A stretch of 64,000 nt of DNA, from contig JAYWIR010000030.1 of assembly GCA_036172245.1 (NCBI GenBank), positions 806,001-870,000 of the forward strand. Direction: 5' to 3'. A program made the translations under genes and the position numbers. This document shows positions 47,501-59,488 of the stretch, piece after piece; the stretch's first letter is position 1; every line of letters begins with the position of its first letter. The DNA comes from Raillietiella orientalis. Lineage: Eukaryota. The notes below the pieces were generated by a model. The model was not told where the DNA came from, made no database searches, and worked only from the letters and a program-made list of their open reading frames with translations.

Positions 47501-49399
47501 GCTCCCTGCCGTGCGGGCAACACCCCTCTCTCACTCCGCAGTGCTCCCGAGTGAGCATCACGAAGGTATAACGCGCGCTGAAACCCTGTAGGGGTGCGCA
47601 AGTGGGCCGAATGGCGGGGCGCGTTAATGGCGTTGCTCATGACGACGACCGACTGGCGTGCGTTGCGATCGCGGTTTGCATTTCTCAAAACCAACCGCCA
47701 AGTGTGTTTGCCTTTCCCGCCTTTTCCTCCCCTATCACTCGCGTTTTTCCCCCTCCAGATATGAAGGTTTGCGTTCATTGAGCCCGTTTCCTTGATCCTC
47801 ATTTTGTACGTGCAGCATCTTGTTTATTGCATACGACGCTGCCTCTCACGAATGTGTATATGTTGACATCTTTCTCCTTCGTCGTACGCATCACTTTTTT
47901 GTCTGTCACTGCTCTTGTTGATCCTATTTGTGCATCATTTTTTTTTGGCGCGTATAAGCATAATTATTGTATTATTTTTAGGCCATGTTGCCTTTATCTT
48001 GTTACGGTGCCATTCCTTGTTCGCATTATATTTCCAATAATACTCCAATAATAGTTTTGATACTGACGATCCTGTTTTCAAACGGAACTATTCCCAGCCA
48101 TTTGTGATGCTTTTTGTGAAGTTCGAGTTCCTCCTGCAAGATGACGCTGGTTGGTCTGCATTCATGCGGGTGCGGCACTGCCAGCGGTCCAAACCGGATG
48201 TCCCCGATGAGGGTCGGGATAAATGGGAGTCGACCTCCGAGTCCTTCCAGGAATCACGGAATGGAAGCTCCCCTCCGGTTGTGAATGAGCGGCCCCCCAT
48301 TCCAGGGGGACCCTCCGATTCGTACTGATGGAGTAGGTGCGTCGCCACCACCTCTCCAGAAAGTGTGCAGAGAAGCGAGCCGATCCCTTCGGCGAAGCTG
48401 CGTCCTTCTGAACGGAAGCGTCCTTTCTGGGTTCTCTTCAGAGGAGTAAAATCAGGAGCGGATCCCTTGCGGGGGATCCCTCCGGAGAAGAAATTCCAGG
48501 AGCGGATCCTTTCCGGGTTCCCTTCAGAGAAGAAAAACTGGGGTGGACCCCTCCGAGGGTCTCTTCGGAGAGAATAAGGAAGGAGATTCCCCTTCGGAGA
48601 CAACCAGGCTGGAGGCGATCTCCATTTCCGTGGATCCCTCCCTAGGCGTGAGAGGAACGGACTCCGAGTCCTTCCTGGATTCATAGGGCGGACCCCTGAC
48701 GGGGTGCCCCCTATCTTGAAGAATTACCCACCCTCGGGTGGCGTGGAACCGTGTCGAAGAACTGCGAAGACAGAAAAGAAAGGATTTCCATCATCCTTAT
48801 GCGTGCCTTTACAACGCAATGCTTACAATTGGGTTTCAAATATTTTTCTTCTTATGTTGCAAATGATTCGCTTTAACATCCTGCTTTTATCTCTCTTTTT
48901 TGTGTTACGGAGTTTTCGTTTTGCATGCGATATCGTTGCCATTTCTGGCACTTTTTAAAAAATAAATAAATAAAGACGCTGCGTTTATTTGGATTTGCGG
49001 ACCAAGGAGGATGCCATTCGTATTAGTTTATTTCAACAGTATGGATTGTTTCCATGCAACCAAGATTGCCCCTCTTAACATTTGCATGATAATTTTGTGT
49101 TGCCCAAAGTTTGAAAAAAAAAACGGACTACCAGCGTTAAGCTGTACCGTCCACACGTTAAGAAAGAAGATTCAATAAGAAGAACGTTAATAATTCATTC
49201 TGGGATGCACGCGTATGTTTGAAAACCTTTGCAGCCTTTTTGCGTAAAGCATGCAAGCACGCACACAATAGTGTTTGGAAACACGCATACGTAAACGCGC
49301 ATAAAAGTGGTCATGCGCAGGTTTTGTGGTGAGCGCAACAAAATGGCCAGCAGTGACACGCTGGTGAGTGAACACGTGGTGAGCGTACACTTTCGAGGC

Positions 49400-51450
49400 T
49401 GACGCGATTTCGATCACCACGGGAAGCTGCGTGCAGCAAGAGCGAGTGGCGCGGCCCTCTTCCGAACCGCAGCCGCTGCTTTTTTCCATCGGGGGGCCGA
49501 GATGCCCGAAAGCTTTCGGCTTTCGGGGTCCTGCCGACCCACTTGTCTCTCGCCTGCGCGGAGCAGGAGGTGAGGGTCGTCAGCGAGCGCGTGCGCGCGA
49601 AGGCCACGCGGTGGTGTGCCACCGCGGATTGAGGTCCTCGACGCGGAGAGACCCGCAGGGACTGCGAAGCGCAGACGCGTGTCAAGGCGGTCCTGTACTT
49701 CCGCTCGGTTTCCGGATGGCGGGCCGTGTCGTCCGAGCGCGCTCGTTCGCGTCCTCCTTTTCCCTCCCCCTCCAGGACCGGTCGGTCAACCTCCGAAGGA
49801 AGGGCGGGGGGGACCCCTCGCCAGATTCACCGGAACTTCGCCGCCGCTGCGGGGCCAACGTCAAAGGCTTGCGAAGATGCGTGTCGAGGCGGACTCGAGG
49901 TTTCCTCTTCCTTCGCGGTGAACAGGAGGGGAAAAGGAATGTTGGGAAAGAGGTCCCTTTTTCCTGGTGATGCCTATCCTCCCACTCCCACCCCTTCGCC
50001 CCTGCTGTCTGTCCTCCGGCGCCTTCTGGACAAAGAGAGGCGCCGGAAATCGCGAAGCAACCGGCAGTTCGGCGCGACGGAAGGACGTGTCTCTGAACCT
50101 TCGCGTCTCCTTGCCGTCGCGCGGGCGCTCTCGAGCTTGGGTCTTCGCCCTGCAGCTGGTGCCCTGAGCGCATCTTGGAGCGCGGCGCCCGCAAGGGCAG
50201 CTGGTCCCCGAGGACCGCACGTGGGCAGGGAAAACGCGTTTTCTGCAATGATAGCGGGGATAAAGACTGCGTTGGGTTCTGGTCGTCCCCCGGGAGTCGA
50301 CCGTCCCTGAGAACAGCCCGGGGGGGTCCAGCAGCGCGGGGAGGGAGAGTTCTCGGGTTGCTCTTGTTTCTTGAGGCGACCTGGGATGTCCCTTTTCCGG
50401 ACGACAGGGTGCAGTGGGACTCGGCATCTCGACAGTAAGCCCAAGCGAGGAACAACTGGAAACCTCATCCCATGCGGCGCCCTCCCTTATGCTCCCCACT
50501 CCCCAGCCTCCGCAGCGGCACGCTTCGCGCAGGGTAGGGTCGTCACTTGAGTGTTTCCGTTAATTCTGGAACTCTCTTCCAAGGGGATGGCTGTTGCGAT
50601 AGGGAGGGGGCTGTGAGCAGGCGTTGGAGAGGAATGGCATGGTCTCCCGCTCCTCTTCTTTCCATCCACATCCACGCGCTGCCTCCGTCTTCCCCCTTGG
50701 AAACCTTTCCGTCGCGTGGAGTCCACAGGGAGGCAAGATGGCGGCTTTCAGTCCGGGGCCGCGCCGCTGAGGAGGCCGGGCGCCGGGTAGCGGGAAAGAA
50801 GACACTGCATGAGTACATCAAGCCCTCGCGATGGGCCGGCAGTGGCTTTCGTCCGTGTCATTCCGGAAAAAAGGAAAACCGGCGGGGGACGTTGCCCCCC
50901 AGGAGGACAGCTCGTTCCCCCTCGGTTAAGGGAGTGGTCGCGGACAACCCACGCGAAGTTTCAAGGGATGTTTTCGAAACGAATGGGGGAAATCCGATAA
51001 GAAAAGGGGGAAACGAGGAGCCCCTTCCTGCCCTGGCAGATGCCGACGGGCTCCTACCGGTCCCCCGCGTCCGGGATTTCAGTAGGGACAAAGCCGTGGG
51101 GACGGATGCGCCGCCCGTCCACGTAAAATGGCGCGGAAGACTGTGGTTCGCCTCAGGGAAACTGCAAGAGACTGCAGGAGTTCGGCGAGTCTGAGGGGTG
51201 CACGAAGAGTGGGGACGTAGGGAGAACGGGGCGGGACTGCTTCCCACATAGCTCCGGAAAAAGTACCCTATTGGATGCGCAGCGGATTCCATCAGGTCCA
51301 GCGGGTAGGGGACGGGAATCGGAGCGGGAAGACCAGTACCGAAAGGAGGAGACAGGATGAGAAGGTGGGAGAAACGCACGGAAAGATTGGGTTTTTCTCC
51401 GCGTAGGAGTCGTCTCGGGGTCAGCCCGGACTCCACGATCTGAAGTCAGG
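49400..51450 (-). mobile_element. Decayed LINE ORF2
   Basis: GLTVE (PGPDGLTVE-like, ~50440) then QSLSPLSLQK...VLGDQL (RPISLLN...LANRL-like, 50275-50195). Confidence 0.45.
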
Positions 51451-52349
51451 TCCGGTGAAAAGTCGCGACACGTTCCCTCACCTCTCCCTCTCCCTAAATG
51501 GGACCGTGACCTGCAAGGGATCGGGATCTCTTTAAAAGTGTTCTCCGCACCGACGGGCCAGGGAGGGAGGATGAGGGTGAACTGGGGCAAATCCCCTCCT
51601 TTCCGCCGGGGTGCACATGCACCAACTGTGCCCAACGTATTGCGATGTGCCTTACTGCTGCCAAGTGCCACTTCATTTCCCAAGTCTGCTCTATGAGGAT
51701 TGCTTTGTAACCTGGTTTGTACTTGCAGCTCTCACATGTGGGCCATAGTCATCACTGAACGGTACCTGTCGCGCACATCAGGTATTTAAGGGGATTACAG
51801 CACCGCTGCAACAAAACGAAACGGATTATGACGACGCATGATGGATCTGCAGAATAATTATGGAGCCGTATAAGAATTTTTCATACGGTATTCACGATCA
51901 CAAATCTACTTGTGCCAGGGGCCTGGTGAATGGCACAACCATACATTAATGCTAAACCAAATCTCAGAACGACGGTAGATCTGGTTTATCACCAGGTGTT
52001 TGTTTAAATCTACTTTGAGTGTTGACTGCATACTGTGAGAGGAAATTGCTAGTTTTCATGTTTCACACAAACAAAATCCAAAATGCTATATGTCAGCTTC
52101 TTTTGTCATTCAAAAAGATGATCATTCTCAGCTGATCATTCTGATTGATCTTGCATGATTCTACAGGTGTGCAGGAGAACCACCTACTTCCACACTTCAC
52201 ATAGGAAACAGGGCTGGTTATTCCTGTTGACTGAACGATCACTGTCCAAAAGGTAACTAAATCACACACCTTTAACAGAATAGTGCCACAGAAATGGGAA
52301 CAGGCTTGCTTGCAGAAGGATGCCAGGATAACTTTTAAAACAATTTCAT

Positions 52350-52355
52350 TTTATT
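52350..52355 (-). promoter_or_regulatory. Polyadenylation signal of eIF3d
   Basis: AATAAA on the minus strand about 105 nt after the stop codon. Confidence 0.6.
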
Positions 52356-52459
52356 AAAAATTGAAAGTTGCAGCACAAGTTGTTTTTGTGTTGCAAGCAA
52401 GAACTTCTCTCAGATCTGCATCATTCCTTCCACAACTGATTTGTGACAGTTGTGACAGG

Positions 52460-54495
52460 TTAAGCATCGATTTCATTATCTGTAATTAGATCGTAATTAA
52501 AGCATCCGTGAGAAATTTTTACCATTGGCATCTTCTTCACTGGACTCCTCCTCTTCAGATTCAAATGTATTATCCGGAATGTCATATAAGCGAATTATGC
52601 TCTTGTTAGGATCCTTCACAATTAAGTACTTGCCATCTTTTTGTTTCATGCAGATATCAATTAGATAACGTAAGATACCCCATGCATTGTCCATGGACAA
52701 ATTAATTTGACTAGCAAACTCATGAGGTTTAAACAGCTGGGTTCCTAATATGACATGCCGACTAGTGTCTTGAATGTGATGACGAGACACATAACCAAAA
52801 CGAAGCTGATCCGAACCAGCCAGTAATGCCTGAACTGTCCATTTAGCTAGTTTACAGGAATTGTTCTTAAGTTCATTGGCCAAAACTGCACCCCTCTGGG
52901 TATCTAGTTTCTGACGCCAATCTATGCCTCCAGAAAAACGGGGATCCCATTCATTCAATGCTTTGATGTTAACAAACAATGTCTCTCCATTAGGTCCTGA
53001 TACAGCTGCATCATGCTCACAGCGGCACACAAGTTCAATACCACCACCCAGTTCCCATTTACGATAACGATATGCAACAGAGGCTACCTCTCCTTCTTCT
53101 TCCTCTTCAACAAAAGGATTTTTCTCCTCAAATGAAAACGTTTCTTCTCCCTGGATCAGCACAACTTTATGCACCTTAAATTTTTTTGAACTCACCATTT
53201 TAAGCACTTGCTGTGAAAAATTATGATTGATGAACAATGCTTCCAAGGCCAAACTACGTGGGGAATTTATGCTAGCACCTTCATCTTGTGGAGGCTCATT
53301 TGAGGTCTCACTGACCGTCAGCAAATCTGTTTCAAAACTTCTGTTATGCATGGCAAGCATCAACATTATCCATACCAAACTCAGAATTATCTCTTTTGTC
53401 AAAAAAGAGTTTCCCACCCACTTTATGCACGACTACATCCCAGGAGTATACAGAACGAGTGCAACACATAAGTGAAGCAAGGATAGCATCTGTACCGAAT
53501 ACGTTGCCCTCACTCTTAGACAACTACAGCCAAATTTATGTTGGAAGTTCTACATAGCCACTTACCTGTCTTATAATTGGATCATCTGTTGTGGCAACTT
53601 TATGAAAGATTCGATCTATACGCTGCAGAGGTTTCTCAGCTTTTGTATTAACCCTGTCATACGCCCGATCATAGTACTCCAAGGTTCCACAACACTTTCT
53701 AAATGCAACAGTAACTGTATTTGCAAAACAAAGAACTTACAAATCCTTGCACTCCTCAATTCCAGGGAGAGACAATTTGCTCAACCTAGGAAAGTCCATT
53801 TCTTCAATAACAATCCATTCTGGTTTCACAGTTACAGATGATTCTCGGATCTTTATGGGAATTTGATTTTTTTGATCATAGCGTTGTCTATTTCCATATT
53901 GCTTTTGCCACTTGCGAACTTGTCGCATTCGGTCTCTGGTTCAAAACATCAGAAACAGAAAAGCAAAATATTTGTACCTGTCCCTAATCTTGGCAGTTTT
54001 GCTCAATGACTGCATAGGTTGTTGTTGACGAAGTTGTTTCAACTTATTTAATTTCTGGCTACGTAAATTTCTTCCTCTTTGATATAAGGGCTTTTGAATT
54101 CTTGTGGTATCAACCAGTTGAAAGGAACTCTCATCCTCATCATGATAATAAGCATACTGGGAATGACCTCCAACAGCAAAGCTTGAAACATATTTATCTG
54201 ATGAAATTAAATTCCGTTAGAGGGCATAAAGACCACGAACCAACTTACTTTGATATTTCCTATCCTGATAAGTTGATCCTGTCCAATCTGAAACCTTTTA
54301 AACTTTGTTAGAAAGCATTGTGTCCATGGGGAGTAATACGTATCTATGTGTTTTTATTATGACACTTACCTTCCCTAATCTATCTCCTTTAGAAAAAGGT
54401 TGATATGGCATATCTTTGAATTGTTCTGGGATATCCTTAGGTCCCCATCCAGTAGGATTATTTTGGATGACTGGAAATACAAAGCGAGCCGCCAT
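52460..54495 (-). CDS. EIF3D: Eukaryotic translation initiation factor 3 subunit D
   Basis: Nine frame-consistent exons: 54495-54370, 54294-54249, 54197-53978, 53935-53741, 53698-53566, 53523-53376, 53326-53196, 53150-52523, 52479-52460. Hallmarks NPTGWGP...[58 protein letters not shown]. The last intron is inferred; if unspliced, the stop is at 52497. Confidence 0.97.
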
Positions 54496-55589
54496 TTTTC
54501 CAGGCCAATATGTTTGAAGGAACTAGCACTCCTGGCAATGTTACTTGCACCAATAGCACTGCTACCAAGTTTCACGAGTCTGAATAAAATATTAAAGACG
54601 CAGAATCAACGGTTCTTATCAATGCAAGCGATCATTGTCCACAATTCTTCCTTAAGAATGGCAATAAAATTTGAATATAGGCAAAAATTCTTTAATACCG
54701 TACTTTTGCGTGATTAGTAAAAATAGAAATCGGGAATTTTGATGGAAAAAATTTCGTTTACCATCTCATGCATGGTTTCTAAAACGAAACGCTTGAATCA
54801 TGTAGTTATTTTTTATGTGTAGATAATAAAAATGATATTTGTGTTTTAAAATAACAAACATATGATATATGTTTGTTCTCAGTTTTGATCCATCCTAAGT
54901 GTAGCAAGCTCGTTTCATTTCGTGCAACTAATACGAAGCCAACGAGGTTGCTATGGTGATGCTTGCACTTTTCATTTCAATGTACCCATGAATCTTAGGA
55001 TAAAAATAAATAATCATGAGGAGCGGAGATTGGAATTTGAAAACTTGAATCGGATAATGGGGACAGTATTGAGATAACGATAAAAATCATGGAAAGAAAC
55101 TCTTAGCTATACATGTAATTGATGACGGATCGACAATACAATTTTGTGAATTTAGAACGATCATATTGGAAAGTCTCATTTTTATGAAACTCATCTCATT
55201 AAATCATTCATTAAGTATTTCATAACATCACTGAATCCTGTTCATAAAAACTGACTGCTTCATCATTGGTCTATCTATTAGGTGGAGTGACATCAATAAT
55301 GTATTTAAATATTTATTTAGAGAGCAATTTTCGGTTAACCTAACTGAGATTGCGTGTTGTTTACAATCCTTCCTGTCTTTGAGAGTATATTATATATTTG
55401 AGAGTTATACTCTTTAGGGATGTTTGAATGTCGAATCAATAGAGTGAACAGATGTGATCAGCAGAATATACAACAAAGACTCAGTTCAGCAAACGATTTG
55501 TCCTCTGAAAACGAAAAAAAAATTTAAAATGTCGTTAGACAGAGTTTATCACGTTGCTATTATCCGTCAATTGCTTGTTCAATTTCTTT

Positions 55590-55760
55590 TACATTTCTAA
55601 ATATTTTTTCAATAATCGCAATTATGTTTTAGTTCTTTCATCAAAGTTTCGAGTTTCAAAGTCCATCATTACATGTATCGTTCCACCAGAGACTCGAAAA
55701 CTTTTACACATTTTAGAAAAAATTTTCAGAGAAATAGAAGCTGCAAGAAAATCAGGTTCC
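55590..55760 (+). mobile_element. Possible PIF/Harbinger transposase fragment
   Basis: LSSKFRVSKSIITCIVPPET resembles the Harbinger helix-turn-helix text (FRVSKSTIS.I.PET); no catalytic domain seen. Confidence 0.3.
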
Positions 55761-56939
55761 AACGATTTAGTAGTTAAGCTCATAAAGTAAAGCTGGCAAG
55801 GATAGGTCCTTCAGCTAACTGATGATACGAACCGTGAATGTTGAGTTCAGTTCTTGGACTCTTGTAGCTTCCTCGATGCATGAGCTTTCCTATTTTTTTC
55901 AAATTAATAGGAGCTTCCCCTTTCGAGAAGTCCAAAGAAAGTCAGTATCTTAGGATAGTCTCATGGTTCTCAAGAAGTCAAAAGATAAAAAAAGTAGTTT
56001 CTCTATTGCCTAAATAACAAAGGATTGCATTATGTATTTATGCAGTGGTTCAGGTAAGGAGCGGCGTCTTGCGAAAATGCGCCTCACATTTTGCAAAAAA
56101 TCCTCACTGCTCATCTTTACGGCTCCGAACCTGTTATCCTAACATTTTTTTTGGATCTAGGAATTCATTGATATTTACAAAGATTTACAAAGATTTTCAC
56201 AGAATATTTATACATTTCTGCTTGTTATTAATTCTGAAACATGAAGGGTCCCTGAAGTTTTGCAAATAGTGCAGTAGGATACCAGAATCCAGTGCTAAGT
56301 TTCATGTTCATGTTGTTGATTATGTTAGTCACTTCACCGGTCACAGTTCCATTTGATATTCGCCGCCGGGAAAATCGATCTCGATTCAGAAATGACGGAG
56401 AAATTTTCAAGGGGAAGTTTATTTTGATTTCAAAAAATACAAATTTTCTATCTGTTTACGTGATAACTTCGATGGAATCATCCATTAAATAGATTTTGTA
56501 CATTCTGTATACAAAAGTATGAGAGTTTTCCCAATGTGTCTAAAATAGTTTGTGAGAACAATTATGTGTGCATTTTACAGAATCCATTAATATATGTCAG
56601 TCGACTATCAGAGGTCGATGTTTGATCCTGTATCAGCGATTTCAGAGCTACTGTAATCTTGGAAAGAAAATTCTTAAGAATATTCTTAGGTTAATAGTTA
56701 TTTCCCTTATCGTGTAGCTTCAAAAACAATTTCGGAGAAAGCCTGGAAGGCCATATGTGAACTTAAGTGGTGCTCCTCCACACCTAGCAATCGTGAAGGA
56801 GAATCGTGAAAAATCAATCAGTATGATTAACGTTCTGAAAGAATAAAGTAAAATTGTCTTAGAGATGTAGTGCACTTAGTGAAGGACCCCTTTACTTTTG
56901 GAGAGTCCAGTTCTTTTAAATTACGTTATTACCTCCAAA

Positions 56940-56998
56940 TTGCTGAGTTTACTTAGTCAAAATTTATCTGCGATGCATCTTATCTTTCTTCTTTCGAA
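56940..56998. repeat. Left 59-bp inverted repeat flanking the 18S fragment
   Basis: Matches the reverse complement of 57595-57653 at 55 of 59 positions. Confidence 0.95.
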
Positions 56999-57002
56999 GA
57001 AA

Positions 57003-57580
57003 CATATGCTTGTCTCAAAGATTAAGCCATGCTTGTCTAAGTCCATGCCGAGACAAGTCTAAATCGCGAATGGCTCATTAAATCAGCTGTGGTTCCTTAG
57101 ATCGTACAATCCTACTTGGATAACTGCGGCAATTCTAGAGCTAATACATGCTTCCAATGCTTCCAATCGTTTTTGCGGATGGAGGGCTTTTATTAGAACA
57201 GGACCAGCAAGTTCTCTTCGCAGACCCAGAAACTCTTGATGACTCTGAATAACTTTGGCCTGATCGCAACGGCCTCGTCCCGGCGACTTATCTTTCAAGT
57301 ATCTGCCTTATCAACTGTCGAAGGTAGGTTATCCGACTACCGTGGTTGTAACGGGTAACGGGGAATCAGGGTTCGATTCCGGAGAGGGAGCCTGGGAAAC
57401 GGCTGGCACATCCAAGGAAGGCAGCAGGCGCGCGAATTACCCACTCCCGGCACGGGGAGGGAGTGACGAAAAATAACGATACGGAACTCACATGAGGCCC
57501 CGTAATCGGAGTGAGTACACTGTAAATCCTTTAACGAGGATCTAACGGAGGGCAAGTCAGGTGCCAGCAGCCGCGGTAAT
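57003..57580 (+). pseudogene. 18S rRNA 5' fragment (dispersed, truncated)
   Basis: Runs from CATATGCTTGTCTCAAAGATTAAGCCATGC through GGGTTCGATTCCGGAGAGGGAGCC to GTGCCAGCAGCCGCGGTAAT, then similarity stops abruptly. No rest of 18S, 5.8S or 28S nearby. Confidence 0.95.
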
Positions 57581-57673
57581 GTATCGAGGAAACATTCGAA
57601 AGAAGAAAGATAAGGTGCATCGCAGACAAATTTTGAAAAAGTAAACTCAGCAACTCAGTTTCCTCGACACATT
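57578..57673. mobile_element. 96-bp MITE-like unit containing the right 59-bp repeat (57595-57653)
   Basis: Ends AATGTATCGAGGAAAC (57578-57593) and GTTTCCTCGACACATT (57658-57673) are inverted, 15 of 16 matching. Confidence 0.55.
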
Positions 57674-59488
57674 GTCTCTTTGAACCTTCCTTTTGTAGCC
57701 TGGCTCTGAAGTTGTCTGCAGTCTCCATCTTGGTGTGTCTCGGCTTGCTACATTCCGCGGATTTCATTGAGACTTCGCCAATGTGATAATGGGATCTAAT
57801 GGGACACTTTGCCTGCTCTGCTCACACGTTCGACGTTCCCTTTCAAATCCAGTTCCTACTGTTACTTTTGAGGCAAAGTGTGGTTACAAAACCCTCAAGC
57901 GTGACTTTGAAAGTCAGAGAGATATTGAAATAAGTGAAAGGTTGCCTAGGTGAACGGAGTGAACTTGAAAATTTTTGGTGCCAGGATGTTCTCCTTTTTA
58001 TTTTTTTTTCTTCTAGCGTGTGGAGCTCCAGATGATTCTGAAAGAAAAAAGCATTTGTTTTTCTGCTTGGATTTCACTTATTTCAATTACAGTGGGAAAA
58101 GAAATGAATTCACGAAGGCGAAAGCGAAACTTTCGAATTTGACCGCAAGATGCCGGGGAGAGATGCTGTTCATGCGCCTAGTGGGCGGTGCATCCCGATA
58201 TTAACTGTTTGTTTCCCGCTCTTTCCTTGGCTATGCAGAGAGGGATTTTTTCGTTTCATTTCATTTTATTTTATTTACCACCTCCACAGGTTTTATTTTC
58301 CTTCAGCGAGCCTCGCTTTGAAACTGGCAGCTCCGCGCGCACGCACGCCGAACATCGCCACCTCGCGCGACGTGCGCACAATGCGGAATTGCGGGCGCTC
58401 GTCCTTCCGCGCTCATTCCTGAGCGAGCGAAGCGAAGGAGTTCGCAGGGGGGAAAGGGGGTGAGGACGACATCCTGCCCAAGTGGCATCTACGGACCCGC
58501 GGGTGCGGTGTGTTGCGGAGGAAATGCGAGCGGCTCCGTCCCCTTCTTCAGTCTGAGCGACTCGCTGGGAACGGGCGGCCGTGTCGGTGAGGCGTGCCGT
58601 GGCCCGCCGGGACGCGGGGATGGGGCGATGAGCCAGGCACGCTGCTTCCCCTCGATCTCCGCCGTCTCTGACTTTCGACTTTTCCTCGTCCGATGGACTT
58701 GGGAACCGCGGCCGTCCCCTAGTTTCCCCCCCGCCTCGGTATGCCGGGGGAAAGGCGGGGAGTGCGACGATCTCCATGCGCCCGCCTCTCGGACTTCAGG
58801 GTCCACGGCTACCATGGGGCCGACCTCGCGGTCGGATCGGAAGGAGCTGCGGCGCCTGGGGCGAGGCGCGTCCCGCCTTCCAGCCGGTCTCTGCAGCAGC
58901 ACCCCTGCGCGGCCCCGGAGGTTCGCGGCGCTCGAGGTCTCCCGAGGACACCGGCAACGGGCGCGGGGTGGCGCTCTGGGTGCGCCGCCAGAGGACGGGG
59001 AGAGAGAGGGACCCGACCTCTTCGCCTGAGGGCGGCAGAGGAGCAAGCTTCCTCCAGTCTACCGAAACGAGTGCCGAGAGAAGGGAAGGGGGTAGGGCGG
59101 CCGTGGCGAGCTCCGCTGGGCAGGAGAGGGCAGTCCCCAGCTTCGGATGGGCGGCGATCGTGGACCGGCGTCTTTTCGGGGGAGGGCGAAGAAGGAAGGG
59201 GGCGTCCCCTGGGCACTGAATTTCGCCCCTCCCTGTGGGCACCACGGTCCCTCGTGCGCTCCATCGCTTTCCCCGGCAGCGGAGAGCAGAGTAGGGGAGC
59301 CATTCCCGCCCTCGGGCTTGTTCTCTGGGGGAAGGGGTGGGGGCAGAAGGGGAAGGCGGACAGGCTGAGCGCCCGGGGCGGATGACGCCCACCCGCCGCG
59401 GGAGCCACAGGTGCTGCGGATGAAGAGGTCCACCTTTGTTTTTTTATTGGCGCCGGCGCCGTCCCCTGTGCCCGGACGCTGCCCTTCC

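Noticed and set aside
48600..48684. SPFLSRLGR as a pyrokinin/PRXamide precursor
   Set aside because: Lacks the FxPRL proline, occurs once, and no signal peptide is seen.
52497..53417. 306-aa single-exon ORF with a hydrophobic N-terminus
   Set aside because: Read-through of eIF3d introns; the spliced model restores the conserved protein.
57003..57580. Functional rDNA unit
   Set aside because: Lacks the first ~20 nt and everything after the GCCGCGGTAAT loop; no other rRNA segments nearby.
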